64,000 nucleotides of DNA from Myxococcota bacterium (lineage in GTDB: Bacteria > Myxococcota_A > UBA9160 > SMWR01): positions 5,897 through 69,896 of the forward strand of contig JASMKC010000045.1 of assembly GCA_030749415.1 (NCBI GenBank). Direction: 5' to 3'. The translations under genes and the position numbers were made by a program. The notes beneath the pieces were generated by a model. The model was not told where the DNA came from and did no database searches. It worked only from the letters and a program-made list of their open reading frames with translations. Shown here piece after piece: positions 38,610-49,170 of the stretch (the first letter of the stretch is position 1; every line of letters begins with the position of its first letter).

Positions 38610-39948
38610 GTGGGGCTCAGGACGGCGCTCTTTTTCGCACACGAGTGCGCGCCGCACCATCGCGTCGAATCGACCATGGGCGCCCAGCGACCCGCACAGT
38701 TCGCCAAGCACCTGCCCGAGTTCGGTTGGCGTGCGCTCGTCGTGTGCTGCGATATCAATCGGCGCCGCAGCGTTGGGCGCGGTGACCGAGAAGCCATCGA
38801 AACCGAGGTGGCGCAGCGCTGGGCCGAAGCGGATCCCGAGACCTCGCTGCTCGTACCGACGCCATCGCTCACGAGCGACGGCGCGATCGACGCGGCCTGG
38901 ACCCACCTGCAAGAACCCAAAGCACGCGGCGCACGTGCCGTCGCCCGCCGCGCGCTCACTCTCGCGAAATACCCGCTCGGCGACCACTCCCAGTCCTGGC
39001 AGCCATGCGCCCGCTGGGCGGCGGAGGTGCTCGCCCACCATGGTGCAATCGACGTCTGCGTGGGCGAACACGGCCCTGACGCGGGACTCTTCCTGGCGCG
39101 CTGGTTCCACGACACCCACGGCATCCCATGGATCGCCGACTTCCGCGACCCGATCCTGCGGCCCTTCAAAGGCTGGCGCCGCCGCTTCTACCGACCGGTC
39201 GCACGCCGCCTGGTCGGCACGGCACAGCATGTCGTAAACATAACCCCACACTGGGCAGAGTTCGACAGCGACCTATTCGGCCGGCCCGCGACCTGCATCC
39301 CGAACGGTTTCGACCCCGAGGAGTATCCGGCTGCCGAGCCGGATGCGGGCTTCACGGTTTCCTACGTTGGCAACCTGGTGCCGGAGCAACCAATCGAACT
39401 CGCGCTCGCGGCCTGGGCCGCGTTCATCGCTACTCCTTTCCACCGAAGAACGCAGGCATGTCCGTCTGGTCTACCGGGGCCTCGCGCTCGATCGCGTGCG
39501 CAGCGCTGCAGCCAGTGCCGGTCTCGAGACCACGCTCGATGCCGCTGGGCGGACGAATCGCAACGAAACGCTTCGCCTCATGAAGCGCTCACAGCTTCTC
39601 CTGCTCTTCTCGGCCGTAGACCCGGATCCGAAGTCTTTCCATCGCCGCGGGCTGTATCCGGGAAAGGTCTTCGAATACTTCGGAGCACGCCGCCCCATTC
39701 TCTGCATGCCAGGAGACGATGGCCAACTCGACCAACTCCTCAAAGAGACCCACACGGGCGTCATCTGCTCGTCTCGCGAGGAAGTCTCGGGCTTCTTCGC
39801 CGAGGCCTTTACCGAATGGCAACGGGCCGGAAGGCTCGCCTACCAGCCCGATGAAGCTGCAGTCGCCCGCTACGAACGACGAGCCCAAGCGAGAGAACTC
39901 GCGTCGATCCTCGACACCACAACTCAAACTTCTCCCAGACACAGGTAG
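38610..39948 (+). pseudogene. GT4-like glycosyltransferase with a single +1 frameshift near 39435
   Basis: Frame 1: RPAQFAKHLPEFGW, PWIADFRDP, IPNGFDP, YVGNL; frame 2 continues LSTEERRH...YPGKVFEYFGARRPIL; removing one C at gctactcctttcc joins them. Confidence 0.8.
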
Positions 39949-40186
39949 AATGCTTCAGCCCGCTCGATACCCACCGCGCGCGCGAGTAGATCACAAGAGA
40001 CACTGCCCAAACGACGAAGCGGGGACTCGAGTTCGCAAGCGAGTGCAGGTCTCGCCTCGAGAGCCCGAGAGACCGCATGCTTTCCCCCACCTCCAATTGA
40101 AGGAATGCCTCGTGTGACATCACAGATCCAGCCGGACCTCCTGTCATCGTGATGAGGCAGGGTGAACCAGAGGGCCGAAGTGACCG

Positions 40187-40218
40187 AGGGAAAAGGCAGC
40201 TTGAACTTCCTATGCTCC
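40187..40218 (+). repeat. Dispersed upstream element, copy C (core only)
   Basis: agggaaaaggcagcttgaacttcctatgctcc, 29/32 identical to copy D. Confidence 0.85.
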
Positions 40219-40257
40219 ACGGGCTCTGTTCGATATTCAACGTGAAGAGGAAGCAAA

Positions 40258-41580
40258 ATGACTACAGGAACAACTGCCACGAAACTCCCCAAGACGCCGA
40301 TCGAGCGGGCCTCGAAGCCGCAGCTCGGGACGGACCTCATCCCGAAGGAACGCTACCTCTCACCCGAATTCGCGGAGCTCGAGTGGAAGCACATGTGGAC
40401 GAAAACCTGGCTGCTGGCCGGCTTCGAGCGGGACATTCCCGAGCCGGGTGATTACTTCACCTTCGAGATCGGTCGAGAGTCGATTCTCGTGGTCCGTCAG
40501 CCGTCGGGGGAGATCGGCGCCTGCTACAACGTCTGCACACATCGCGGCAACCGACTGCGCGATCCGGGTCTGGGACACGCGATCTCCTTCTCGTGCACCT
40601 ATCACGCCTGGATGTTCGGCCTCGATGGCGCGCTCGAGTACGCGCAGGACCCCAAGAGCTTTCCGCAGGGATGTCCCGCGGAGACGCTCGGACTCGGCAA
40701 GCTGCGCTGTGAGAGCTGGGCGGGGTTCATCTTCGTGAATCTCGACCCGGACGCCGAGCCCCTGCACGGTTATCTGGACATCATTCCCCGTCACCTCGAC
40801 CCCTATCACTTCGAGGAGATGAGCCTGCTCGACGATGTCACGGTCGAGGTCGCCTGCAACTGGAAGGCCTCGATCGACGCGTTCAACGAGCCCTATCACA
40901 TGGCCGGAACCCATCCGGACGTGCTGATCTTCAGCGACGACGTAAACGTTCCCATCGACTGCTACGAGCGCCACACGCGAATGATCATGCCGTTGGGCGT
41001 TGCGAGCCCCCGTCATCCATCGCACGGCGAGTTGAACGATGAGATCCGAGAGCAATTCCTGCGGCGCTTCGGCATCGATCCAGACACCTTCGAGGGTGGC
41101 GCTGCAGACGTTCGCCCGGCCATTGCGAAGATCGTACGCGAGAAACACGGACCGGCACTCGGTGTCGATTTCTCGGAGCTGCGGGATGAACAGCTCATCG
41201 ACGACTTCCACTACACGATCTTTCCGAACGTCACGTTCAACATCTTCGGGATGACGGCCTGGCTCTTCCGCCATCGGCCGCATCCGACCGATCCGAACCG
41301 GATGTATTTCGATTTCTTCAACCTGATTCGAGGGGCCGGGCGCGGCGAACGCCCGGAGCACGTGGAACTCGTCCTCACCGACGAGCTCGTCGTCGAGCCG
41401 ACGGGTGGCGGCGGAAAATTGATTGGGCAGGATTTCTACAACCTGCCGCGCGTCCAGGCCGGAATGCACTCCGCGGGCTTCGCGGGGCTCCACATGGGAG
41501 ACCAGGAAGTACGAGTCCGGCACTTCCACGAGACGCTTATGTGCTACATCGACGGCAAGGCCCGAGCCAGCGACGCGTGA
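40258..41580 (+). CDS. Rieske non-heme iron oxygenase alpha subunit
   Basis: CTHRGN...CTYHAW Rieske motif; NWK, EPYHMAGTHP, QDFYNLPRVQAG mononuclear iron site. Confidence 0.92.
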   Translation: MTTGTTATKLPKTPIERASKPQLGTDLIPKERYLSPEFAELEWKHMWTKTWLLAGFERDIPEPGDYFTFEIGRESILVVRQPSGEIGACYNVCTHRGNRLRDPGLGHAISFSCTYHAWMFGLDGALEYAQDPKSFPQGCPAETLGLGKLRCESWAGFIFVNLDPDAEPLHGYLDIIPRHLDPYHFEEMSLLDDVTVEVACNWKASIDAFNEPYHMAGTHPDVLIFSDDVNVPIDCYERHTRMIMPLGVASPRHPSHGELNDEIREQFLRRFGIDPDTFEGGAADVRPAIAKIVREKHGPALGVDFSELRDEQLIDDFHYTIFPNVTFNIFGMTAWLFRHRPHPTDPNRMYFDFFNLIRGAGRGERPEHVELVLTDELVVEPTGGGGKLIGQDFYNLPRVQAGMHSAGFAGLHMGDQEVRVRHFHETLMCYIDGKARASDA

Positions 41581-41608
41581 GGGCGAGAGCCTCGGAAAGG
41601 AAGAGCGC

Positions 41609-43333
41609 ATGCCCGATCTACTGATCGAGGGGGGCACCATCGTCGACGGTACGGGGCGCACCCCCTACTGCGGCGACATCGGCATCGAGGGGGGCAGGAT
41701 CGCGGCGATCGGCGAGCCGGGCTGCGCCGGCTCGCAAGCCGCGGAGGTGATCGATGCGGCGGGCCTGATCGTCACGCCCGGCTTCGTCGACATCCATACT
41801 CATTACGACGGCCAGATTTCGTGGGACCCGCTTCTCACCCCTTCGTGTTGGCACGGCGTGACCACGGCGATCATCGGGAATTGCGGTGTGGGCTTTGCGC
41901 CCATCGAAAAAGGCGACCATCGCTGGATGATCGAGCTGCTGGCCGGCGTCGAGGACATCCCGGCGGATGTGCTCTCCGAAGCGATGGTGTGGGGCTGGGA
42001 GAGCTTTCCGGAGTACATCGAGTTCCTCGCTTCCACACCCCGTGTGATGGATGTGGGGACCCAGGTTCCCCACAGTGCGCTGCGCACCTACGTGATGGGC
42101 AAACGGGGCGCCAGCGACGAAGCGCCCACTGCCCAGGAACTCTCGCGCATGGTGGATCTCGTGAAGGAGGCCGTGAGAGCCGGAGCTCTGGGCTTCACGA
42201 CATCGCGAACGACCACGCATCGGGCGCTGAACGGCGACCCCGTACCCGGCACCTTCGCGAGTGAGAACGAACTATTCGCCATTGGGGGTGCCCTTGCGGA
42301 GCTGGGGAAGGGGATGTTCGGCGTCTCTCCGGCCGGCGTGGCGGGTGAAGACGACGACGCCACCCACCGGGAACTCGACTTGATGATTCGTATCGCCGAG
42401 AGGATCGGTCGCCCGGTCTGCTTCAACCTCACTCAGGGGCCCGGAAACCCCGGGTTGTTCCGCGAAGCCCTTGCGCGGCTCGAAGAGGCGGCCGCCCGCG
42501 GCGCCGAGCTCTACGCGCAGATCGCCGGGCGTCCCGTCGGGCTCCTGATGGGCCTCGAGGCCACCTACCACCCCTTCCTCGATCGGCCGAGCTATGCCGC
42601 GATCCACGACCTGCCGGCAGAGGAGCAGGTCGCGAAGCTCCGCGATCCGGGGCTGCGGGCGAAGATTCTCTCGGAGACGCAGAGCTACGACGACCCCTAC
42701 CAGGCGATGATCTTCACCCGCTTCGATCGCATCTTCCCCATTCGCGAACAGGTTCACTACGAACCCGAGTTCGCGGAGAGTTTTGCCGGCATCGCCGAGC
42801 GCGAGGGGCGCACACCGGCAGAGGTGATCTACGACTTCATGCTCGAAGAGGGCGGCCGGCGGCTCATGCTCTTCCCGATTCTCAACTTTGCCGATGGCAA
42901 TTGCGACGCCATCCGCGAGATGCTGCTCCATCCGCGTGCCGTACTCGGCCTCGCCGATGGCGGTGCGCACCTGGCGACGATCTGCGACTCGAGCATCTCG
43001 ACCTTCATGCTGACCCACTGGGCACGCGATCGCAGTCGGGGTGAGAAGATCCCGCTCGCCGAGGTCGTCAAGCAGCAGACCTCGGATACGGCGGCGATCT
43101 ACGGGCTGGACGACCGCGGCACCCTGGCGCCGGGCATGAAGGCCGATATCAACCTGATCGACTTCGAGGGCCTGCGCATGCTGCCACCCGAAGTGGTCTT
43201 CGACCTTCCCCGGGGCGGCCGGCGCATCATCCAGAAGGCCGAGGGCTACGTCGCGACCCTCGTCTCCGGCGTCGTCACTTTCCGAAACGGAGAGCCGACC
43301 GGCGCCCGGCCGGGTCAGATCATCCGCAAGTAG
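41609..43333 (+). CDS. N-acyl-D-amino-acid deacylase family amidohydrolase
   Basis: PGFVDIHTHYDGQ, HGVTTAIIGNCGVGFAP, VEDIP, ADGGAH, PGMKADINLID. Confidence 0.9.
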   Translation: MPDLLIEGGTIVDGTGRTPYCGDIGIEGGRIAAIGEPGCAGSQAAEVIDAAGLIVTPGFVDIHTHYDGQISWDPLLTPSCWHGVTTAIIGNCGVGFAPIEKGDHRWMIELLAGVEDIPADVLSEAMVWGWESFPEYIEFLASTPRVMDVGTQVPHSALRTYVMGKRGASDEAPTAQELSRMVDLVKEAVRAGALGFTTSRTTTHRALNGDPVPGTFASENELFAIGGALAELGKGMFGVSPAGVAGEDDDATHRELDLMIRIAERIGRPVCFNLTQGPGNPGLFREALARLEEAAARGAELYAQIAGRPVGLLMGLEATYHPFLDRPSYAAIHDLPAEEQVAKLRDPGLRAKILSETQSYDDPYQAMIFTRFDRIFPIREQVHYEPEFAESFAGIAEREGRTPAEVIYDFMLEEGGRRLMLFPILNFADGNCDAIREMLLHPRAVLGLADGGAHLATICDSSISTFMLTHWARDRSRGEKIPLAEVVKQQTSDTAAIYGLDDRGTLAPGMKADINLIDFEGLRMLPPEVVFDLPRGGRRIIQKAEGYVATLVSGVVTFRNGEPTGARPGQIIRK

Positions 43334-43472
43334 GCCGGCCGGACCCGTCACTCGGCCAGGATCGATTCCCCAGTCGCGCCGAGGGCAGTCGGCCGCCTCG
43401 GTGCAACGCGGCCCGAGTGACTCGCCGCAGACCCTCCGATGCTGGATAGATCCACGCGGCTCCTGCGGCCGC

Positions 43473-44567
43473 TCAGGTCCCCTTCGAGACCTCGGACAGC
43501 GCCACCTCCCTGCCCTCGGCAGCACTGCGTCCCGCCGCCAGCGCGAACGCCAGCGTCTTCCTCGCCTCGGAGACGTCCTGTGCGGGCTGGCAGCCTTCGC
43601 GGATCGCGTCGACGAATGCGTGTCCACCCAGGCGGAACGACTCAGCCCAATCGGTGGGCAGGTCGTGGAACGCGCGTGTCTCGCCCTCGCGATAGAGGAC
43701 GACGGAAGGCTCGTCGAGGAGCTTTCCCGTGCACCGGTTCACCCAGATGATCCCCTCGCTGCCGTGAATCTCGAGCCGATCGTCGCTGACGTAGTAGCGC
43801 GACCGCACCCGCATCCCGACCGACGCGATCACCTCCCACGACCCGAAGCGCGGTGGGTCACCGGCGTAGCGCCAGCTGATCAGCGCGGGACCGTCGATCC
43901 AGGCCTCCTCGCCGAGCTTCGTCCAGTGGATGAAGGCGTGGACGCGGTCGATTTCGGCCGGCACGAACATGCGGCCCATCTGGAAGCAGTGGTAGCCGTG
44001 GTCGAACGTCGTCGGCCCCCCGCCGCAGGTGTCGGGATTCATCCGCCAGGCCAGACTGGCCGGTCCGACCTCCCAGCCGTCGCCGAAGCGGCCGGCAGCC
44101 GTCTTCACGCGGACCGACAGCGGCGTTCCGATGGCACCGTCGGCGACCAGCTCGGCGGCCTTCGTGTGCGGTGGGTAGTGGCTGAAGTTCTCGAAGACGC
44201 GCAGCGTGCGGTCGCTCTTGTCGACCGCCCGCGCGATGCGGTCGAGTTCATCCAGCGTGCGCGTGGGTGGCTTCTGGAGCGAGACATGCTTGCCCGCCGA
44301 CAGCGCGGCCAGCGCGTGGTCGGTGTGCAGGTGGTGCGGCGTGAGGATCTCGACGGCGTCGACATCGGGATCGGCGAGCAGGCGATCCAGGTCCGCGTAC
44401 ACGCGGGTGGCACCCCACTGCTCGGCGCGCCGCGCCGCGAGCGTCTCGTCTGCATCGCAGACTGCGAAGATCTCGGCGTGGGGATGGTCGAGGTAGCCCA
44501 GGCACTGCAGATCGGCGATGCGCCCGCACCCGACGAAGCCGACGCGCAGGTGCTCGAGTTCCGGCAT
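43473..44567 (-). CDS. Gfo/Idh/MocA family oxidoreductase
   Basis: VGFVGCGRIA, DAVEILTPHHLH, GKHVSLQKP, DHGYH. Confidence 0.88.
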   Translation of the reverse strand: MPELEHLRVGFVGCGRIADLQCLGYLDHPHAEIFAVCDADETLAARRAEQWGATRVYADLDRLLADPDVDAVEILTPHHLHTDHALAALSAGKHVSLQKPPTRTLDELDRIARAVDKSDRTLRVFENFSHYPPHTKAAELVADGAIGTPLSVRVKTAAGRFGDGWEVGPASLAWRMNPDTCGGGPTTFDHGYHCFQMGRMFVPAEIDRVHAFIHWTKLGEEAWIDGPALISWRYAGDPPRFGSWEVIASVGMRVRSRYYVSDDRLEIHGSEGIIWVNRCTGKLLDEPSVVLYREGETRAFHDLPTDWAESFRLGGHAFVDAIREGCQPAQDVSEARKTLAFALAAGRSAAEGREVALSEVSKGT

Positions 44568-44605
44568 GGCGGACGAGTGTATCGAACCGTGCGGTGCGGT
44601 CGGCG

Positions 44606-45724
44606 TCAGCCGCCGCCGCCCAGCACGCGGCCCAGGAAGCCCAGCAGGTGCGCGTCGGACTTCGACTTCGTAGCGTCGTCGCGGCCGATCACGTAGCCCG
44701 ACTTCACGCAGTCGGCCATCACACGCCCGCTCGCGATGCGCAGCGCGACACGCTCCTCGCGGCTCGTCTCGATCGGCACCGACACGATCGGGGTGTCGCC
44801 CATGAACGAGTGCCCCCTCTCGTCGTACACGACCTCGCAGCCGGTCACGTAGGGGGCTTCCTCGATCAGCGAGCGCGGGCGGTTGGCCTCCCAGGCGTGG
44901 CCGGCACCCTCGTAGACGTGGGCCTCCACATCGACGCCGCCTCGCCGCAACTCGGCCTCCCGCACGACGCAGGCCGCGAGATCGTTCGAGGCGTCCTCGG
45001 TTCCGCGCAACGTGAGGATCGGTGCACCCGTGAGCGACGGACTGCGGAGGTTCTGGAAGCACGGACCGTAGTAGTCGACGTGGGCCGCAAAGCCGGGCTC
45101 GTCGCCAATCAGTGCCTGCTTGATGCGGCCGTCCATGGCGAAGCGCGCCGCCATACCGCCGTACGAGAAGCCCATGATGCCGATCCGCGTGGCATCGATG
45201 TCGGGGTGCGTGTGCAGGATCTGCAGCGCCCGGTAGGCATCCGTGATCGCGTCGAACTCGGTCGTCGACAGCACCCGAACCATGTAGGGCGTCTCCTCCG
45301 TAACGCCGCGAGGTGTGTAGTAGTTCAACACGAACGCCGCATAGCCGTTCTCCGTCAGCAACTCCGCGTACCCGCCCTCACGCCCCGGCGTGAGCCCCCC
45401 GCTTCCGTGCAGCAACACCATGGCGGGCACGGGCGATGCGGGGCTCGCCGCGTCCGGCAGGTAGAGCGTGCCCTCGGCAGTGGTCGGCCGGGAAAGCGCG
45501 GAGTCGCCGAGCAGGACGTCGAGATCGAAGGGCGTGTCGCTGTGGAAAAGGATGTGCCCCTGCTGTCCCGACGCGAGCCGGTCGGCAGGCGGCGGCCAGT
45601 CCGGGAACTCGGGCAGCGCGGCGCCCACGATGCCGGCGAGACCGCCCTGCTGGCGATAGATCGCGTAGCCGCCGGCGGTGACCACGACGAGTCCGATCAC
45701 GAGTCCAATCAACCAGCGCTTCAT
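44606..45724 (-). CDS. Dienelactone hydrolase-like alpha/beta hydrolase, N-terminally anchored
   Basis: N-terminal TM; LLHGSGG, GFSYGG (Ser nucleophile), GTED, GAGHAW. Confidence 0.8.
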   Translation of the reverse strand: MKRWLIGLVIGLVVVTAGGYAIYRQQGGLAGIVGAALPEFPDWPPPADRLASGQQGHILFHSDTPFDLDVLLGDSALSRPTTAEGTLYLPDAASPASPVPAMVLLHGSGGLTPGREGGYAELLTENGYAAFVLNYYTPRGVTEETPYMVRVLSTTEFDAITDAYRALQILHTHPDIDATRIGIMGFSYGGMAARFAMDGRIKQALIGDEPGFAAHVDYYGPCFQNLRSPSLTGAPILTLRGTEDASNDLAACVVREAELRRGGVDVEAHVYEGAGHAWEANRPRSLIEEAPYVTGCEVVYDERGHSFMGDTPIVSVPIETSREERVALRIASGRVMADCVKSGYVIGRDDATKSKSDAHLLGFLGRVLGGGG

Positions 45725-46047
45725 TCGTGCCTCCGAGGGCTGTCCGCCGCGGCGTGCCCCACACTCCCGACCTCACGGTCGTCGGGCCCGCATTCGATAC
45801 GCGGGCAAGGCGATAGTAACGCTGGCGCGGCAGCGTCTCCTCCCGCAGGAACCTCGCGCGCCTGGCTCCAGCACTGCTGGCGGTGAGGCGAACGGGCGGC
45901 CGACCTCGGCTGTCGCATGGTGGGCCGGGTGCGCGGGCGCGAAGGCGCCTGACCCGGACGGGCGCACGTGGTGATCGCGCCGCTGCTGATCGGCTGTGCA
46001 GCCCTCCCCTCGTACCGGGCCTGGTCCCCTCCCCGGTCGCTATTGAG

Positions 46048-46101
46048 AGAATCTCTACTGATCGGAGCCAGGGAAAACACAGCTCGAACTTCCTATGCTC
46101 C
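46048..46101 (+). repeat. Dispersed upstream element, copy D
   Basis: AGAATCTCTACTGATCGGAGCCAGGGAAAACACAGCTCGAACTTCCTATGCTCC. Confidence 0.9.
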
Positions 46102-46141
46102 GGGGTGCGCCCGCAGCGGGGAGCGCTCACGGGGGGCAACG

Positions 46142-46633
46142 ATGCGGAGCCAGCGAGACGCGGTCGTGCGCCCCGGGGCGCGCGTGATCCTGCTCGATCC
46201 GGAGGACCGCGTCCTGCTGCTTCGCGTGGAGGCGCCTCAAAGCGACAAGCCGTTGCTGTGGCTGCCCCCCGGCGGCGCGCTCGAGGCCGGTGAGTCGTTC
46301 GAGGACTGCGCGCGCCGTGAGCTGTGGGAGGAGACCGGTCTCCGCGACGCGGAGCTCGGCCCCTGCGTCTGGCTGCGACAGCACGTCTGGCGGTGGGAAG
46401 ATCGCTTCTACGACTCGCGTGAGCACTACTTCCTGGCACGCGTCGAGTCGTTCGACGTGCAGCCCCAGGCGCTGGAGGGAATGGAGCTGGGAACGCTTGC
46501 TGGGCACCGTTGGTGGAGCCTGCCGGAGCTCGCCGCGTCACAAGAGCTATTCGTTCCTCGCAACCTGGCAAAGCTGCTGACACCGCTAATCGCCGGTGAG
46601 CTGCCGCCGGAGCCGCTGGAGGTGGGGGAGTAG
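46142..46633 (+). CDS. NUDIX hydrolase
   Basis: Nudix box GGALEAGESFEDCARRELWEETG. Confidence 0.9.
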   Translation: MRSQRDAVVRPGARVILLDPEDRVLLLRVEAPQSDKPLLWLPPGGALEAGESFEDCARRELWEETGLRDAELGPCVWLRQHVWRWEDRFYDSREHYFLARVESFDVQPQALEGMELGTLAGHRWWSLPELAASQELFVPRNLAKLLTPLIAGELPPEPLEVGE

Positions 46634-47046
46634 CGCCTGGCGGCCCGGCGGTGCCGTATATGCTCTGGGCATGGCGCAGTGCAGCGTGCGGGCGGTTCTC
46701 TTCTTCGTTCGCCCGTTTCGAGCTGGCTGCGAATTGCTCGAGCCAGTGTTAGTGCTGTTTGGTGTCCTTGGCATTGCCGGCGGCGCCTAGCAGCTCGTGC
46801 CGGCCTCGAGTGGTCTCACTGGTGCTGGCAGCTTCGCCATCGTCGTTTTCTTCTTGGCCATGATCGCCGCCTACCGGCCGCAAGGGCGGCTTGATACCCG
46901 GCGCACCAACCGTGAGATCGCTAATCGGCTCGCGCGGTTCCTGCTACCTGGGCAGCCCATCTGGAGGGCAATCGCCCGGCACCCGTGCCGCTCTTTCTCA
47001 TGCGCGTGCTTGCACCGACCGTGCGGTTGGGGTATTCACAGGAATC

Positions 47047-47085
47047 AATTGGTCCGACCACAGCCAAGGGCGGTCCGACCAACTT
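47047..47085. promoter_or_regulatory. Two FadR-subfamily operator sites
   Basis: AATTGGTCCGACCA (47047-47060, core palindrome TGGTC-C-GACCA) and GGTCCGACCAACTT (47072-47085), matching the TGGTnnnACCA pattern of FadR/PdhR/LldR sites, upstream of a GntR gene. Confidence 0.7.
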
Positions 47086-47129
47086 GTAGCCAGAGCCAAC
47101 CCTGCTGCGAGAAACCGGGCTGCCGAGGT

Positions 47130-47858
47130 ATGACGCAAAGCCGCGCAGAGAAGATCGCCGGCACCATCCGGGACGAGATCCTGCAGGGCAGGCTCGAGCC
47201 CGGCCAGCGCCTGCCCTCCGAACGCGACCTCGCCGCCCTGCACCAGACCCACCGCAGCGTGGTGCGCGAAGCCCTGAAAAAGCTCGAACAGCTTCGCCTG
47301 GTGGAGATCCGGCGCGGTGGGGGTGCGCGGGTCTCGCCCCTGGATGGCGCGAGTCTCGACATCGTGGGCCACATGCTCGAGATGAACGACCTGCCCGACC
47401 CGGTGCTGGTCGAGCAGCTGCTCGACGTGATCGAGAGTCTGATGACCGGTGCTGTGCGCTTCGCCGTGGAGCGTGGCAGCGACGCCGAACTCGCCCGCGG
47501 TCGAGAGCTACTGGCCGCCATCGCCGATCCCAGCAACGGCGACGACGACTACCTGGCCGCCCACGACGAGCTGGTGCGCCTGCTCGCCACCGCGAGTCGA
47601 AACCTGGTGCTCGAGATCATCCGCAGGAGCCTGCGACCGCGATTCATCACACGTCTTCGTGATGGCGAGGGGCGCATCCGCCCGCCCCGCAGCACCCTGA
47701 TTCCGCTGGCCGCCGGCCTCGACCGGGCCCTGGCGGAGCGCGATCCCATCGCCGCAGAAGAAGAGGTCCGCAGTCTGCTGCGCCTGCACCGCGAAATGTT
47801 GCTGAAGGCCCTGGAGCGAGAGCTGACGCGCCAGACCCCCAGCCAAGGAGAACTCTGA
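47130..47858 (+). CDS. GntR/FadR family transcriptional regulator
   Basis: LEPGQRLPSERDLAALHQTHRSVVREALKKLE winged HTH plus FCD-type C-terminal domain. Confidence 0.92.
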   Translation: MTQSRAEKIAGTIRDEILQGRLEPGQRLPSERDLAALHQTHRSVVREALKKLEQLRLVEIRRGGGARVSPLDGASLDIVGHMLEMNDLPDPVLVEQLLDVIESLMTGAVRFAVERGSDAELARGRELLAAIADPSNGDDDYLAAHDELVRLLATASRNLVLEIIRRSLRPRFITRLRDGEGRIRPPRSTLIPLAAGLDRALAERDPIAAEEEVRSLLRLHREMLLKALERELTRQTPSQGEL

Positions 47859-47862
47859 AACC

Positions 47863-48969
47863 ATGCCCCACCCCCTTCCCATCCGAATGCCCGCGACCGG
47901 CGAGACCCTCGAGACCGCCTTCGACGCAATCTACAACTGGAACTACGACAGCGATATCGAAGAGCTCCGCACGCTCTACGCCAACGGTGTGACAGCCCAG
48001 TGGAGCAGCCTCCGCGATCTCGATTGGGAGCGAGAGATCGATCGCGAGGCATTTTCCCGCACCTTCAGCATCGCCGGTGTACCGCTGCAGCAGACGCGGT
48101 TCTGGCAGAACCTCGATCCCGACCTGCGTTGGCAGATTTCACGGAAGACCGCGGCCTTCATGCTTTCGACCTTCCTGCACGGCGAGCAGGGGGCGATGAT
48201 GGCGGCCGGTCAGCTCGTGAGTGCCGTCCCCGATATGGACGGGAAGCTCTACGCCGCCACCCAGACCATCGACGAGGCGCGCCACGTCGAGGTCTTCGCT
48301 GCCTACGTCGAGCGACTCGACGAGATCTATCCCATCCCGGTCGGCTTGAAGAACATCATCGACGGCATCATGGCCACGGACAACTGGACGATGAAGGTCA
48401 TGGGAATGCAGATCATGGTGGAGGGGCTGGCGCTCTACTCCTTCCGCGACATGCGCAACACCACTGAGGAGCCCCTGCTCAAGCAGCTACTCACCCTGGT
48501 CGCACGGGATGAAGCGCGGCACACGGGCTTCGGTATCAAGTACCTCTCCCGCGTGGTGCCCAGCTTGAGCCAGCGCGAGCGCGACGCGCTGGAAGACTTC
48601 GGATTCGAAGCCGCACGGCAGCTGGTCGATTCGCGCACTGGCAACTCGATGCGCGCCTCGTTGCTCGCTCTCTGGCTCGACGCCGGCTTCGACGTCCAGC
48701 CAATGTTCAAAGAGCTGGCGCAAGACAGCGAACAGCTACGAGAGGCCATTGCCAGCAAGGGCGGACGCCGCGGTCCACTGCAGGGCTTCGTGCTGCCGAC
48801 CCTGAAGTCCATCGGCCTCTTCAGCGAGCGCATCGAGGGTCACTTCCAGGAGATGTTCGCCCACAATCGCGAAGCCACTTCCGGAGAGTTCACGATGATG
48901 CTGGCCAAGCTGCCCGAAGACCTGGAGGCGTGGGCGATGAGCGAAGGCGAAGAGGCCGTAAGCGCCTGA
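47863..48969 (+). CDS. Ferritin-like diiron protein
   Basis: AAGGAG RBS, 4 bp after the GntR stop; HGEQGA, DEARH (twice), VEGLA carboxylate/His ligand pattern. Confidence 0.8.
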   Translation: MPHPLPIRMPATGETLETAFDAIYNWNYDSDIEELRTLYANGVTAQWSSLRDLDWEREIDREAFSRTFSIAGVPLQQTRFWQNLDPDLRWQISRKTAAFMLSTFLHGEQGAMMAAGQLVSAVPDMDGKLYAATQTIDEARHVEVFAAYVERLDEIYPIPVGLKNIIDGIMATDNWTMKVMGMQIMVEGLALYSFRDMRNTTEEPLLKQLLTLVARDEARHTGFGIKYLSRVVPSLSQRERDALEDFGFEAARQLVDSRTGNSMRASLLALWLDAGFDVQPMFKELAQDSEQLREAIASKGGRRGPLQGFVLPTLKSIGLFSERIEGHFQEMFAHNREATSGEFTMMLAKLPEDLEAWAMSEGEEAVSA

Positions 48970-49140
48970 GCGCCGTCCCGACAGCACCGAGAGTCTGCGG
49001 ATAGTCAGGATGGCACCGCCACCCGCTGAGTCGCTTCACATCTCGGGGCTATTGGGGCCTGATCCCTTCCCCGGTCCCTATTTGCCAGGCGGGGTCCTCG
49101 ACCGAGAGCCAGCCAGGTCCGATACGGCCAGGCGCCACTT

Positions 49141-49170
49141 CCTTGCCCGCGCTCACCTTGCCCGCGCTCA
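49141..49170. repeat. 15-bp tandem duplication
   Basis: ccttgcccgcgctca x2, the second copy including the stop codon of the dehalogenase remnant. Confidence 0.85.

Noticed and set aside
43347-43421. Inverted repeat GTCACTCGG/CCGAGTGAC with an inner stem between convergent genes
   Set aside because: Plausible bidirectional terminator or REP-like hairpin, but no U-tract and only one copy in the window
46634-46900. Short ORFs between NUDIX and the GntR promoter (MAKKKTT...)
   Set aside because: Short, interrupted, no recognisable motif or clear RBS
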